A stretch of 63,399 nucleotides of DNA, counting the filler, from Clostridiaceae bacterium (GTDB taxonomy: Bacteria > Bacillota > Clostridia > CAYPLH01 > DUMO01): the NCBI GenBank assembly GCA_012839865.1. It is 4 parts of 4 records of this genome, joined end to end, with 100 filler letters (N's around TTAATTAATTAA, not from the genome) between each part and the next. Parts side by side here need not be neighbours in the genome. Positions count along the whole stretch, not along the records: positions 1 to 26,115 come from DUMO01000056.1; positions 26,216 to 54,477 come from DUMO01000057.1; 2 more parts are not named here. One strand, 5' to 3'. Of this stretch, positions 20,948-32,340 are shown in pieces. Both the position numbers and the translations under genes were made by a program. The number at the start of each line of letters is the position of its first letter. Positions within the stretch are counted from its first letter, which is position 1. Below the pieces are notes generated by a model. The model had not been told where the DNA came from and ran no database searches. It saw nothing but the letters and a program-made list of their open reading frames with translations.

Positions 20948-21448
20948 TTAATTAAATTTAAAAAAATCCTTCAGCTTCTCCATCTGAGGATTAATTTTTT
21001 CATCCTTGCAGCTGCAGCTTCCTTCATTCAGATTAGTACCGCAGTTGGGGCAAAAACCCTTACAGGCTTCATTGCACAACTGCCTTAATGGCAGATTCAG
21101 CAATATACTGTCAACAACAACCTTGTCAAGGTCCAGCAAATTGCTGTCATAGGTATATACCGCTTCCCCATCGTCTTTTTTGGTACTGACAAACTCTTCT
21201 TCCAATTTAACTTTTATGTTCCGATTTAAATTTTTAAGGCACCTGTAGCATTCAACCTCATATTCTGTTTCGGCATATCCTTTAAGGCTGATTATGCCAC
21301 TTACATTCATCAGTCTTCCCGCAAGCCTGACAGGGCTGTTAAATGTAACGCTGCCCGCCTCAAAATTGAGGCTTTTCAACTTTTCAACTAATTCTATTTC
21401 GATTATTGCGCCATCGGTTTTCACAATATCGGAAATATCAACTTTCAC
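20948..21448 (-). CDS. YceD/DUF177 family protein
   Basis: C.RCL and CNEACKGFCPNCG..LN motifs, upstream of rpmF; GTG 21448 lies downstream of promoter and GAGGTG RBS. Confidence 0.92.
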   Translation of the reverse strand: MKVDISDIVKTDGAIIEIELVEKLKSLNFEAGSVTFNSPVRLAGRLMNVSGIISLKGYAETEYEVECYRCLKNLNRNIKVKLEEEFVSTKKDDGEAVYTYDSNLLDLDKVVVDSILLNLPLRQLCNEACKGFCPNCGTNLNEGSCSCKDEKINPQMEKLKDFFKFN

Positions 21449-21479
21449 AATAATCACCTCAAAAAGACCAACGCATTTC

Positions 21480-21508
21480 ATTATACTAAGTAAAATCCAG
21501 GGTGTCAA
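21480..21508 (-). promoter_or_regulatory. consensus sigma-A promoter of yceD-rpmF
   Basis: Perfect TTGACA-N17-TATAAT on minus strand. Confidence 0.85.
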
Positions 21509-21631
21509 GATTCTATTTCTCCAGCAGGTCTATTTAGCCAAGAGAGGGGGCCAGGTGCCCCCCAATTTATCTTAATAAGGTATTTGAACTGATTGTTTCG
21601 GGTGATGCTGCACCCTGAATTTCTTTACTAT

Positions 21632-22828
21632 TTAATTTTTTACAAGCCGTATAGTTTCCCTTGCTATTGCCAGTTCTTCGTTGGTTGGAATTACTAAAGT
21701 CCGGACTTTCGCATCATCCGTACTGATGTCAATCTCCATCCCCCGGAGTTTATTTTTCTCTTCATCAACCTTGATGCCCATGTATTCAAGGTCCTTTAGA
21801 ATTTGTGCTCTTACCAGGGAATTATTCTCTCCAATTCCGGCTGTAAATATCACCGCATCGACACCGCCCATTACAGCTGCATACTCGCCGATATATTTCT
21901 TTACACGGTAGCAGAAGATGTCAGTGGCAAGCTTTGCCCGATCATTTCCTGAATCCGCAGCAGTTTCAATATCACGGAAATCACTGCTTACTCCTGATAT
22001 TCCAAGAACACCGGATTTTTTATTCAGGTACTCGTTTATTTTATCAATCGACATCTGTTCCTTTTGCATTAGATAAAGTACAACCGCCGGATCGATATCG
22101 CCGCTTCTTGTACCCATTGCAAGGCCTGCCAAAGGTGTAAATCCCATGCTGGTTTCCACCGACTGCCCGCCTTTGACTGCGCATATGCTTGCTCCATTGC
22201 CAAGGTGGCATGAAATCAGCTTAAGTTCGGAGATTGGTCTGTTCAACATTGCTGCTGCCCTTTGGGAAACATACATGTGTGAAGTTCCATGAAAACCATA
22301 TTTTCTAATGCTATATTTCTCATATGCTTCATATGGAATTGCATAAAGGTATGCATGTTTTGGCATTGTCTGGTGAAATGCGGTATCAAATACTGCAACC
22401 ATCGGCTTATCAGGCATTACTTCCCTGCATGCTTCTATACCGGTAATATTTGCCGGGTTGTGCAAAGGCGCAAGTTCAATGCATTCCCTTATGGTTTTCA
22501 TTACCGATTCGTTTATTATAACCGACTGTTTGAATTTTTCTCCTCCGTGAACTACACGGTGGCCTACAGCTGTTATATCATCCATACTGGAAATAACACC
22601 ATACTTTTTATCGGTCAGAACATTTATAACTTCCCTGATTGCAACTTTATGGTTGTACATGTCCTTATCAAGCACAACCGTATCATTGCCCGCCTTTGTA
22701 TGTTTTAAAAACGAATTTCCAACACCGATTCTGTCACACAATCCTTTAGCCAGAACCTTGTTTTCTTCCATATTAATTAACTGATATTTTAAAGAAGAAC
22801 TACCAGAATTAATTACTAATATTCTCAT
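21632..22828 (-). CDS. ackA: acetate kinase
   Basis: [46 protein letters not shown]. Confidence 0.98.
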   Translation of the reverse strand: MRILVINSGSSSLKYQLINMEENKVLAKGLCDRIGVGNSFLKHTKAGNDTVVLDKDMYNHKVAIREVINVLTDKKYGVISSMDDITAVGHRVVHGGEKFKQSVIINESVMKTIRECIELAPLHNPANITGIEACREVMPDKPMVAVFDTAFHQTMPKHAYLYAIPYEAYEKYSIRKYGFHGTSHMYVSQRAAAMLNRPISELKLISCHLGNGASICAVKGGQSVETSMGFTPLAGLAMGTRSGDIDPAVVLYLMQKEQMSIDKINEYLNKKSGVLGISGVSSDFRDIETAADSGNDRAKLATDIFCYRVKKYIGEYAAVMGGVDAVIFTAGIGENNSLVRAQILKDLEYMGIKVDEEKNKLRGMEIDISTDDAKVRTLVIPTNEELAIARETIRLVKN

Positions 22829-22966
22829 TTGGATTACTCCTTTAATTCTTTAATTTTTGCCTTTCGCCCACTGCCGGCTCCAAATACATTCCTCCATTGA
22901 GCTTCTGGCATGTCAGGTCCTCTTTTTTTTAAACCAAATGTACTCTATTGTAATCCGTTGTAAATC

Positions 22967-24019
<1,053 letters not shown>

Positions 24020-24164
24020 TTATTCCGGACATGCATTCATTCCATAGTGTGAAATTTTACATTATTCAGTCTTTTCTGACATGTCCTCCTTTGGTGAACG
24101 CCCCTGAACCCCATTGCAGCCCTGCCTTGCAGGACCGGGATTCATAAGCGGACACCCATTGATT

Positions 24165-24193
24165 ATTATATACAATTTGCATATTGTATACAA
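24165..24193 (-). promoter_or_regulatory. putative sigma-A promoter of pta-ackA with overlapping inverted repeat
   Basis: TTGTAT-N17-TATAAT on minus strand; TATACAAT-N6-ATTGTATA inverted repeat at 24169-24190. Confidence 0.6.
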
Positions 24194-24446
24194 GGCATTA
24201 ATTAGTAAAATAATTGTTTTCAGCAGATTTTTATTGTTGTCCAGGCTTATTATTTCTTGAACAATCAATCCTGATACAACTGCCTGCAGCAAATTGCAGG
24301 AAAAGAGATTTAAAGTGCTTTCTAATAATTTGAAAAAACGACAATAAAACCATATTCGCATTGTTCTGTTGGCATAAACATGTTAGAATAAACTATATCA
24401 AAAAAATTGATTCATTTAAGTTGTGTTTCTTATGTAAATTTTTGGG

Positions 24447-26021
24447 GTGACATATTTGAAAAGCGATTTGATACTGGGCAAATACAGAATTAAAAAAGTT
24501 ATAATAATGGGACCGGATCAAGAAGTTATTGTTTGTATAAAAAAATCCCTGGTAATAAATGAAGACGAAGAATATATCATAAACATATTTAAGAAAAATG
24601 CACTCGTAAATTTGCTCCTGCCTGATTTGGAAGTATTGAAAAATACACGCTATATGTATTATGTGGAGCATGTTTTGGAAAACAACAAGCTTTATGCTGT
24701 TTTTGCATATGCCGAACCCTTCAAAGTTAAACAGTACATAGACTCAATCAACCCTTCCCTCTTAAACAGGTTGAAAATTGCAAACAGCTTTTTCATTAAT
24801 GCAATGGAGATAAAACAGACATCGGTGATTTTCCAGTACACCCTGATGAACCCCGATAATATTAACATAAATAAATATGGTATTGTATATTTCAGCCACA
24901 TTTTTGATTTCAGGGATAGAAAGGATTCCGCTGAAGATCTTGATGTGGTTGGGCGCCTGGGAACTATTTTGGACAATATATTTGAAAATTACAATGATTT
25001 GCCCCAATCATTCCAGAATTACCTTCAAACCTGTAAAAACAAAGGTTATGATAACATTCAAAGTGCATACAATGAATTCAGGCCTTTTTTGAAATTATTT
25101 ATCGGCAACGGTGAAGAACCTGCTCCGGAGCAAAATATACAGGCTTCATCGGATATTGCCATCATGCCAAAGAGACGGAAAAAATCCCGCAAAATTGCAC
25201 AAGCATTTTTGGTTGCTATAAGTTTGCTTATATTGATTGCAAGCTTATATCTGGGCGGTAATTTTCTGTACAAATTGAGCAGATCAATTCAGGAACCTGT
25301 GGATGCTCAAATAAATACATCAGATGACATTTCAGGGAGCAACGAAAGTAATCCGGATTCCATTCCCGGCACAGTACCGGAATCTTCTCCGGCTATTGAA
25401 CTGACAACCGCTCCAGGCAGTGTTTTGGAGCCGTCCTCTTCCGCTAAACCGGCAACACCTGTACCCGGCTCTGCACCTGGGTCATCGCCATCTATTGAAC
25501 CGACTCCTGCGCCAGACACGGCACCGGGGTCTTCGCCAAGTGCTGAACCGATGGTACCTGTATCAGGCACAGATCCGGAATCTTCTCCTTCTGTAAGACC
25601 GACACCTCCGCAAGGTAATGCTACAGAGTCTCCTGCGCCTCATGACCCGGCAATACCTGGACCAGGTGCAACACCGGAATCATCTCAGCCTTCCGGTCCA
25701 ACACCACCTGCCAAAGGAACATCTCCGGGATCTACTCCATCTGTTGAGCCGACACCACCTGCAACTGGTGCTACACCGGAGCCGACTCCGACTGTCAAGC
25801 CGACACCTTCTTTAAACCAACCCGGTGAAGACAAGGAAGATGTGCTTTATACGGTGCAAAAGGGCGATTGGCTTAAAGAAATATGCAGAAAGTTTTATGG
25901 AAATCCCGATTATTATGAAGCGGTTGCTAAATACAACAATATTTCAGACCCCAGCCAGATAAACACCGGGCAGGTTATTAAACTGCCTCATGTGGAAATT
26001 CTGGCGGAACTTGCCGATTAG
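24447..26021 (+). CDS. membrane-anchored protein: degenerate kinase-like N-domain, TM helix, Pro/Ser/Thr-rich linker, C-terminal LysM
   Basis: YTVQKGDWLKEICRKFYG...IAKYN-like LysM (YTVQKGD...NNISDPSQINTGQVIKLP); hydrophobic helix ~aa 252-275; N-terminus resembles Hanks kinase fold without catalytic residues; GTG start uncertain. Confidence 0.75.
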   Translation: MTYLKSDLILGKYRIKKVIIMGPDQEVIVCIKKSLVINEDEEYIINIFKKNALVNLLLPDLEVLKNTRYMYYVEHVLENNKLYAVFAYAEPFKVKQYIDSINPSLLNRLKIANSFFINAMEIKQTSVIFQYTLMNPDNININKYGIVYFSHIFDFRDRKDSAEDLDVVGRLGTILDNIFENYNDLPQSFQNYLQTCKNKGYDNIQSAYNEFRPFLKLFIGNGEEPAPEQNIQASSDIAIMPKRRKKSRKIAQAFLVAISLLILIASLYLGGNFLYKLSRSIQEPVDAQINTSDDISGSNESNPDSIPGTVPESSPAIELTTAPGSVLEPSSSAKPATPVPGSAPGSSPSIEPTPAPDTAPGSSPSAEPMVPVSGTDPESSPSVRPTPPQGNATESPAPHDPAIPGPGATPESSQPSGPTPPAKGTSPGSTPSVEPTPPATGATPEPTPTVKPTPSLNQPGEDKEDVLYTVQKGDWLKEICRKFYGNPDYYEAVAKYNNISDPSQINTGQVIKLPHVEILAELAD

Positions 26022-26115
26022 TCAGCCAATAAATCCAGCAGGCATTATAAGATATAAATGCCTGTTGTACATGAAAAGGAGCAGCGCAGCAATTGAGTTA
26101 TAAATTAGTTGTTAT

Positions 26116-26215
26116 NNNNNNNNNNNNNNNNNNNNNNNNNNNNNNNNNNNNNNNNNNNNTTAATTAATTAANNNNNNNNNNNNNNNNNNNNNNNNNNNNN
26201 NNNNNNNNNNNNNNN
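26116..26215. other. artificial contig-joining spacer
   Basis: 44 N + TTAATTAATTAA (stops in all six frames) + 44 N. Confidence 0.95.
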
Positions 26216-26219
26216 AGTT

Positions 26220-26335
26220 TCTGGTAACAATAACAGGAAGGCCACACCCGTTCCCATCCCGAACACGGCAGTTAAGCTTCCTCGTGCCGATGATACTTGG
26301 ACGGTGACGTCCCGGGAAAGTAGGTAGTTGCCAGA
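26220..26335 (+). rRNA. rrf: 5S ribosomal RNA
   Basis: TCTGGTAAC...CACACCCGTTCCCATCCCGAACACGGCAGTTAAGC...GCCGATGATACT...GGGAAAGTAGGTAGTTGCCAGA with pairing termini; at contig start. Confidence 0.97.
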
Positions 26336-26343
26336 TTTATATG

Positions 26344-26378
26344 AAAGCCCTGTGCTGATGCAGCACAGGGCTTTCTTT
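26344..26378 (+). terminator. rRNA operon terminator
   Basis: Perfect 14-bp stem AAAGCCCTGTGCTG/CAGCACAGGGCTTT with T-rich tail. Confidence 0.85.
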
Positions 26379-26620
26379 ATGGGTATGAATGATAACAGGT
26401 AACAGCAGACCATGTGAAAATTCAGGTTTTGTTGAAATGTTACTCCAATATAAGCACGACATACTTTTACTGCCGAAGATGTGGAAGCTTCCTGTGAATT
26501 GCCAACCATTGCCGGTATCATTGCAGGTTATAGATGTTCGCACAACGGTTCATATTTTACTATGCCTGAACGGATAACCCATGAACTTTGGCTGCATCAA
26601 TTTGCACAAATAAAGAAAAA

Positions 26621-26649
26621 TTGAAAACAATAGAAGCCAATAGTATAAT
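26621..26649 (+). promoter_or_regulatory. putative sigma-A promoter
   Basis: TTGAAA-N17-TATAAT upstream of oxidoreductase. Confidence 0.6.
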
Positions 26650-26747
26650 AGATATCATAATTGTGTCAATCAGGCTTGTATTTTTTTTAGCCGAAAGCCG
26701 GTTTGTTCATGGTAATTAATAGGTCTTGACACGGGAGGTTGTCGAAT

Positions 26748-28007
26748 ATGGGTAAAATAACAGCTGTATTGCTTGGAGCAGGGATGAGAGGAACATATGC
26801 ATATGCAAGTTATGCATTAAAGCATCCGGATGAGATCCAATTCGTTGCGGTGGCAGAACCTGACAAGGTAAAAAGAGAGTATTTTTGCAAAACACACTCA
26901 ATTCCTGAAGATATGTGTTTTGAAAGATGGGAGCAGCTGCTTGAAAAACCACGACTGGCAGATGCACTATTAATATGCACTCAGGATAAGATGCATTATG
27001 AACCTGCAATAAAAGCTTTGGAAAAAGGTTATCATCTGCTGGTTGAAAAGCCTATGTCCCCGGATCCTCTTGAGTGCATCAAGATGGGGGAACTTGCAAA
27101 GGAAAAGGAAAGGGTATTCCTGGTATGCCATGTGCTAAGGTATACCGACTTTTTTTCAACAATTAAAAATATGCTGGATGAAGGAAGGATAGGAAAACTG
27201 ATATCGATACAACACAATGAAAATGTGGCATATTGGCATCAGGCCCATAGTTTTGTTAGAGGAAACTGGAGAAATTCTGATGAGACCAGTCCCATGATTC
27301 TGGCCAAATGCTGTCACGACATGGATATAATGGCCTGGCTGGCAGGCGGCAAATGCATTAAGGTATCTTCCTTCGGTTCCTTGACCCATTTTAAGAAAGA
27401 AAACGCCCCCAAAGGAGCACCGGAACGTTGCCTGGACGGATGCCCCGTTTCAGATGAATGTATTTACTATGCTCCACGGCAATATCTTACGGAAAATACC
27501 GGTTGGCCTACAGCTGCCATATGCACCGATATGAGTATTGAAGGAAGGACCAGGGCATTGAAGGAGGGTCCTTACGGGCGCTGTGTCTACTACTGTGATA
27601 ATAATGTTGTCGACCATCAGGTAGTGAATCTGGCGTTTGACAACGAAGTAACAGCAGCATTTACCATGTGCGCGTTCACAAAGGATTGCACAAGAACCAT
27701 AAAGCTGATGGGTACAAAGGGAGAAATTCGCGGCCACATGGAAAAGAAGGAGATAGAAATAATTGATTTTGCCTCCGGAGAAAATGAGAAAATTATACTG
27801 CAGAATGCCCGTGAAGGCCATGGAGGCGGCGATATTAAAATTATGAAGGAATTTGTCCGTCTGGTGCAAAGTGATGGCAGAGAGAAGGGACTCACTTCCG
27901 CAGACCTTTCGGTTCAAAGTCACATTATGGCATTTGCTGCTGAAAAATCAAGACTGACGGGTTCCGTTGTGGAAATTGACGAATATATGAATGAATTAAC
28001 GAGGTAG
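26748..28007 (+). CDS. Gfo/Idh/MocA family oxidoreductase
   Basis: GAGMRG Rossmann, VEKPM, HVLRY, HSFVRGNW, HGGGD; RBS GGGAGG before ATG 26748. Confidence 0.92.
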   Translation: MGKITAVLLGAGMRGTYAYASYALKHPDEIQFVAVAEPDKVKREYFCKTHSIPEDMCFERWEQLLEKPRLADALLICTQDKMHYEPAIKALEKGYHLLVEKPMSPDPLECIKMGELAKEKERVFLVCHVLRYTDFFSTIKNMLDEGRIGKLISIQHNENVAYWHQAHSFVRGNWRNSDETSPMILAKCCHDMDIMAWLAGGKCIKVSSFGSLTHFKKENAPKGAPERCLDGCPVSDECIYYAPRQYLTENTGWPTAAICTDMSIEGRTRALKEGPYGRCVYYCDNNVVDHQVVNLAFDNEVTAAFTMCAFTKDCTRTIKLMGTKGEIRGHMEKKEIEIIDFASGENEKIILQNAREGHGGGDIKIMKEFVRLVQSDGREKGLTSADLSVQSHIMAFAAEKSRLTGSVVEIDEYMNELTR

Positions 28008-28012
28008 TTTCT

Positions 28013-28138
28013 GGTACCAGGGTGGTTCCTGCGGTTCCCTTTTTAGAGGAGGAACCAGAAAAATCGTCCCCTTGGTTCACCCTTGGTTTCGCTACCATTG
28101 GTCCCGCTAAAGGGCACCAGAAGAACCGTCCCCCTGGC
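28013..28138. repeat. cluster of three REP-like imperfect palindromes (GGGGACGGTTC core, partly degenerate)
   Basis: Units at ~28013-28038 (+, degenerate), 28051-28078 (-), 28113-28138 (-, ACCAGAAGAACCGTCCCCCTGG); same core as cluster at 50316-50543. Confidence 0.65.
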
Positions 28139-28173
28139 CTCAAAAAAATTTTTTTAAAATTAAAAAATTATCC

Positions 28174-28202
28174 TTGATATTTATTTTTCCTTATTGTATA
28201 AT
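28174..28202 (+). promoter_or_regulatory. S10 operon promoter
   Basis: TTGATA-N17-TATAAT. Confidence 0.7.
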
Positions 28203-28209
28203 GTTGTAC

Positions 28210-28310
28210 GTTGTGACGTGGCATGCGATGATATAGAAGGTTGCTATTATTATAATAGGTAATTTCTATTGAGAATGTCCGATTCGAGAAACCGGGCGAC
28301 AAGTCACTGT
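28210..28310 (+). promoter_or_regulatory. probable S10 ribosomal leader RNA
   Basis: GCATGCGATGAT..AGGTTGC...GAGAATGTC motif recalled from Bacillota rpsJ leaders; GTGAC/GTCAC closing stem. Confidence 0.55.
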
Positions 28311-28466
28311 CTATTTGTATTTTTTAATGCAAGTAAGCACTGCCCAGGTTAATTGCGGCTATTTGGCCAATAATTGTCCTGGGCTTTTAAATAACCGAGT
28401 GTGAAACACCCGGCATAGTGTACAGTCAGTTGCTTGTTGTACGTAGCTAATAAAGGAGGTTTATGT

Positions 28467-28778
28467 ATGGCAAACACACAAAAAATCAGAATCAGGTTGA
28501 AAGCATTTGATCATCAGATTTTGGATCAATCCGCAGAGAAAATAGTAGATACTGCGAAAAGAACAGGTGCATCGGTATCAGGTCCGGTACCTCTGCCCAC
28601 AAAGAAAGAAGTTATCACAATTTTGAGGGCACCACATAAATATAAGGATTCAAGAGAACAGTTTGAAATGCGGACACATAAAAGATTGATTGATATATTG
28701 ATGCCAACACCCAAAACTGTTGACGCTTTAATGAGGTTGGATTTACCTGCAGGCGTTGATATTGAAATCAAACTATAA
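28467..28778 (+). CDS. rpsJ: 30S ribosomal protein S10
   Basis: [11 protein letters not shown]...GPVPLPT...[15 protein letters not shown]. Confidence 0.99.
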   Translation: MANTQKIRIRLKAFDHQILDQSAEKIVDTAKRTGASVSGPVPLPTKKEVITILRAPHKYKDSREQFEMRTHKRLIDILMPTPKTVDALMRLDLPAGVDIEIKL

Positions 28779-28852
28779 GGCAAACAGAAAAGGTCAAGTT
28801 CGTATAATTTGCAGGATTATATGAACCAATAACCATAGGAGGTAGTAATTAA

Positions 28853-29494
28853 ATGAAGAAATGCATACTTGGAAAGAAAGTAGGAATGACTCAGATTTTT
28901 GATGATAAGGGTATGGTTGTTCCCGTTACCGTAATCGAAGCCGGGCCATGCCTGGTAGTTCAAAAGAAAACGCTGGAAAACGACGGGTACAACGCTATAA
29001 AAGTCGGGTTTGAAGATGTTAAGGAAAAGAGACTGAATAAACCGGATAAAGGACATTTTACCAAGGCCAATCTGAGCCTGAAAAAGCATCTCAGGGAGTT
29101 TCGTATTGAGAACGCCGACCAATATGAAGTTGGACAGGAAATAAAAGTTGGCGATATGTTTGCAGCCGGGGACAAAGTTGATGTAAGCGGTATTTCAAAA
29201 GGTAAAGGTTATCAGGGCGTTATTAAGAGATATGGCCTGCATACCGGTAGAAGGACTCATGGTTCGAAGTATCACAGAGGTGTTGGCTCAATGGGTTCAA
29301 ATACAAGCCCGGGTAGAGTCTTAAAAGGCAAAAAGATGCCGGGACACATGGGAGTAAACAAAGTAACGGTTCAGAATCTTGATGTAGTTAAAGTTGACAG
29401 CGAGAAAAACCTTTTGGCAATAAAGGGTGCCGTACCGGGTCCGCGTGGAGGTTTAATTGTAGTCAAAGATTCGACAAAGCCGGTAAAAAAATAA
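28853..29494 (+). CDS. rplC: 50S ribosomal protein L3
   Basis: [25 protein letters not shown]10 operon order. Confidence 0.99.
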   Translation: MKKCILGKKVGMTQIFDDKGMVVPVTVIEAGPCLVVQKKTLENDGYNAIKVGFEDVKEKRLNKPDKGHFTKANLSLKKHLREFRIENADQYEVGQEIKVGDMFAAGDKVDVSGISKGKGYQGVIKRYGLHTGRRTHGSKYHRGVGSMGSNTSPGRVLKGKKMPGHMGVNKVTVQNLDVVKVDSEKNLLAIKGAVPGPRGGLIVVKDSTKPVKK

Positions 29495-29550
29495 ATTTTG
29501 GTTTTCATTAAGGAAGTTCCGGCAGAATTAACACGAGGGGAGGATATAAT

Positions 29551-30174
29551 ATGCCGAAAGTTAATTTATATAATACAGAAGGCAATGTTATAGGTGACAT
29601 AGAATTAAGCGATAGCATATTTGGAGTAGAAGTAAATAAAAATGTGCTTCACCTTGCAGTTTTAAACCAATTGGCCAACAAGCGGCAGGGAACACAAAGC
29701 ACGAAAACGAGGGCTGAAGTCAGAGGCGGCGGTATCAAACCATGGAGGCAGAAGGGAACAGGCCGTGCCAGACAAGGCAGCATACGTTCACCGCAGTGGA
29801 CAAAAGGTGGTATAGCTTTAGGACCCAAGCCGAGAAGCTATAAGTATACCTTGCCCAGGAAAGTCAGACAGCTGGCTTTAAAGTCGGCATTGTCGGCAAA
29901 AGTGGCAGAAAATGACATTGTTGTACTTGATGATCTGAAACTTGAAAATATCAAGACAAAAGAGATGGCCAGAATTCTTGGAAACCTGAAGGTTGACAAC
30001 AGTGCTCTGGTTGTTATACCAAGTGTGGATGAAAAAATAATCAAGTCTGCAAGAAATATACCTAATGTAAAGACATCTCTGGTTAATACAATCAATGTAT
30101 ATGACATTTTGAAGCATAGTAAATTTATTGTCACAAAAGATGCAATAGCCAAGATCGAGGAGGTGTACGCATAA
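29551..30174 (+). CDS. rplD: 50S ribosomal protein L4
   Basis: [33 protein letters not shown]. Confidence 0.99.
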   Translation: MPKVNLYNTEGNVIGDIELSDSIFGVEVNKNVLHLAVLNQLANKRQGTQSTKTRAEVRGGGIKPWRQKGTGRARQGSIRSPQWTKGGIALGPKPRSYKYTLPRKVRQLALKSALSAKVAENDIVVLDDLKLENIKTKEMARILGNLKVDNSALVVIPSVDEKIIKSARNIPNVKTSLVNTINVYDILKHSKFIVTKDAIAKIEEVYA

Positions 30175-30527
30175 TGAAGTTCGCGGAGGACATTATTTTA
30201 AAGCCAATCATTACAGAAAAAAGCAATGTGGAAATGGCTGAGGGAAAGTACACCTTCTATGTTGATACAAAAGCAACAAAGACGGACATAAAGAATGCCG
30301 TAGAGCAACTGTTTCAGGTAAAGGTCCTTAATGTGAACACCATTAACTACAAGGGGAAGGAAAAAAGATTAGGTGTTCATGAAGGAACAACATCCAAATG
30401 GAAAAAGGCGATTGTTAAGATTGATACTGACCCGAAACCGGAAACATATCTGACCAAAGATGGTAAGAAGGTTGTTGAAACCAGGAAATATAAAACAAGC
30501 ATAGAAGAATTCGGAGCAGTGCAATAA
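30174..30527 (+). CDS. rplW: 50S ribosomal protein L23 (C-terminally extended)
   Basis: KPIITEK, WKKAIV; operon position; ~25 aa extra tail. Confidence 0.97.
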   Translation: MKFAEDIILKPIITEKSNVEMAEGKYTFYVDTKATKTDIKNAVEQLFQVKVLNVNTINYKGKEKRLGVHEGTTSKWKKAIVKIDTDPKPETYLTKDGKKVVETRKYKTSIEEFGAVQ

Positions 30528-30554
30528 TTTTGAGGTTGATGGGAGTGAAAGAAA

Positions 30555-31391
30555 ATGGCAGTAATAAAAAAGTTTAAGCCAACTTCGCCTGGTAGAAGGT
30601 TCATGACTGTTTTAAGGAGCGAGGATATAGCCAAGAAAGAACCTGAGAAGTCTTTGGTGGAACCTCAGAAGAAAAATGCAGGAAGAAACTCATATGGCCG
30701 GCTCACCGTAAGACATCGCGGAGGAGGGGCTAAACGTAAATATAGAGTTATTGACTTTAAGAGGGACAAGGACGGAATCAAGGCTAAAGTTGCCTATATA
30801 GAGTATGATCCTAACAGAACGGCAAACATTGCCCTTCTGCATTATGTTGATGGAGAGAAGAGATATATACTGGCTCCAGACGGACTAAAAGTTGGCGACA
30901 TTGTTGAGTCAGGTGAAAATGCAGATATTAAGGCAGGAAACGCGCTGCCCATAGGGAAAATCCCCCTTGGTACCATGATTCACAATATTGAGATGAAACC
31001 TGGAAAAGGTGCACAACTGGTAAGATCAGCAGGTGGCGCAGCACAGCTTATGGCCAAGGAAGACAAATACGCTCAGGTACGTTTGCCGTCAGGGGAAGTA
31101 CGAATGATATCTCTTGACTGCAGAGCTACAGTTGGTCAAGTTGGAAATCTCGAACATGAAAACGTTTCTATCGGAAAAGCCGGTAGAAAGAGATGGATGG
31201 GCATAAGACCTACTGTCAGAGGTGTTGTTATGAACCCTGTTGATCACCCGCATGGTGGTGGTGAAGGCAAGTCTCCGGTAGGAATGCCAAGTCCTGTTAC
31301 TCCGTGGGGTAAACCTACATTAGGCTATAAAACAAGAAAGAAGAAGAATAAATCTGACAAGTTCATTGTCAGAAGAAGAAATGTTAAATAA
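30555..31391 (+). CDS. rplB: 50S ribosomal protein L2
   Basis: [31 protein letters not shown]. Confidence 0.99.
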   Translation: MAVIKKFKPTSPGRRFMTVLRSEDIAKKEPEKSLVEPQKKNAGRNSYGRLTVRHRGGGAKRKYRVIDFKRDKDGIKAKVAYIEYDPNRTANIALLHYVDGEKRYILAPDGLKVGDIVESGENADIKAGNALPIGKIPLGTMIHNIEMKPGKGAQLVRSAGGAAQLMAKEDKYAQVRLPSGEVRMISLDCRATVGQVGNLEHENVSIGKAGRKRWMGIRPTVRGVVMNPVDHPHGGGEGKSPVGMPSPVTPWGKPTLGYKTRKKKNKSDKFIVRRRNVK

Positions 31392-31437
31392 TGCATTGCC
31401 AAAGCAAATCAGGTTAACGGAAGGAGGAATAGGCTAA

Positions 31438-31722
31438 ATGGGTAGATCTGTTAAGAAAGGACCGTTTGTGGATCAGAAGCTGCTCCACCGGATAGAGCAA
31501 ATGAACAACAAGAACGAAAAGAAAGTTTTGAAGACCTGGTCCAGGGCATCAACAATTTTCCCGCAAATGGTAGGTCACACTATAGCAGTACATGATGGAA
31601 AGAAACATGTTCCGGTATATATCACCGAGGATATGGTAGGACATAAATTAGGTGAGTTTGCACCGACCAGGACATTCAGGGGACATGGTGCTCATACTGA
31701 AAAGTCAACCGCATTGAAATAA
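31438..31722 (+). CDS. rpsS: 30S ribosomal protein S19
   Basis: [27 protein letters not shown]. Confidence 0.99.
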   Translation: MGRSVKKGPFVDQKLLHRIEQMNNKNEKKVLKTWSRASTIFPQMVGHTIAVHDGKKHVPVYITEDMVGHKLGEFAPTRTFRGHGAHTEKSTALK

Positions 31723-31847
31723 ATCCTCAACCGGCAGCAGTAAGAAATATGATACGGTTACAATTGAAAACAATATACTGATGCTGTTGATGCCGGTGGT
31801 TTAAATTGAAGGACATTTACGAGAAGTTTTGAAAGGAGGAGTTAAGG

Positions 31848-32324
31848 TTGGGGAGTAAAGCAATATCCAGAGATGAACTCCTGGAAAAAAAGGATGAAAT
31901 AATGGAAAAATACAATTCACCCTATAGAAAATATAATAAACCTGCTTTGCTTACAAAAAAGGAAAAGAAGGCACTTGGAATAGGCAAAGACGAGGGAAGA
32001 GCAACTGCAAAGTATATTCGGATTGCTCCAAGAAAGGTTAAAATAGTACTTGATCTTATACGTGGAAAGAAAATTGACGAGGCCTATGCCATATTGAAGT
32101 ATACTCCGAAGATTGCTTCGGAGGTTCTTTTGAAACTTTTAAAATCTGCAGAATCAAATGCAGTCAACAATAACGACCTTGACAGGGATAGCCTTTATGT
32201 CAGCGAGTGCTATGCCAATCAGGGAAGTATCTTAAAGAGAATTCAACCAAGAGCAAGAGGCAGAGCTTACAGAATCAACAAAAAAACCAGTCATATAACA
32301 CTGGTTGTCAGGGAACAGAAATAG
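31848..32324 (+). CDS. rplV: 50S ribosomal protein L22 (N-terminally extended)
   Basis: [29 protein letters not shown]; ~45 aa extension after strong RBS. Confidence 0.97.
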   Translation: MGSKAISRDELLEKKDEIMEKYNSPYRKYNKPALLTKKEKKALGIGKDEGRATAKYIRIAPRKVKIVLDLIRGKKIDEAYAILKYTPKIASEVLLKLLKSAESNAVNNNDLDRDSLYVSECYANQGSILKRIQPRARGRAYRINKKTSHITLVVREQK

Positions 32325-32340
32325 GGAAGGAGGTTGACTA

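Noticed and set aside
24049..24062. Rex box or cre upstream of pta (TGTGAAATTTTACA)
   Set aside because: Spacer length does not fit Rex (N4) and central CG of cre is missing
26021..26335. Apparent linkage of LysM gene to rRNA, rpsI to beta-helix gene, and GH43 to GyrI gene
   Set aside because: Each pair is separated by an artificial contig spacer
26168..26521. Minus-strand ORF of 117 aa and 26337-26543 ORF
   Set aside because: Antisense shadow of the 5S rRNA/terminator running into the artificial spacer
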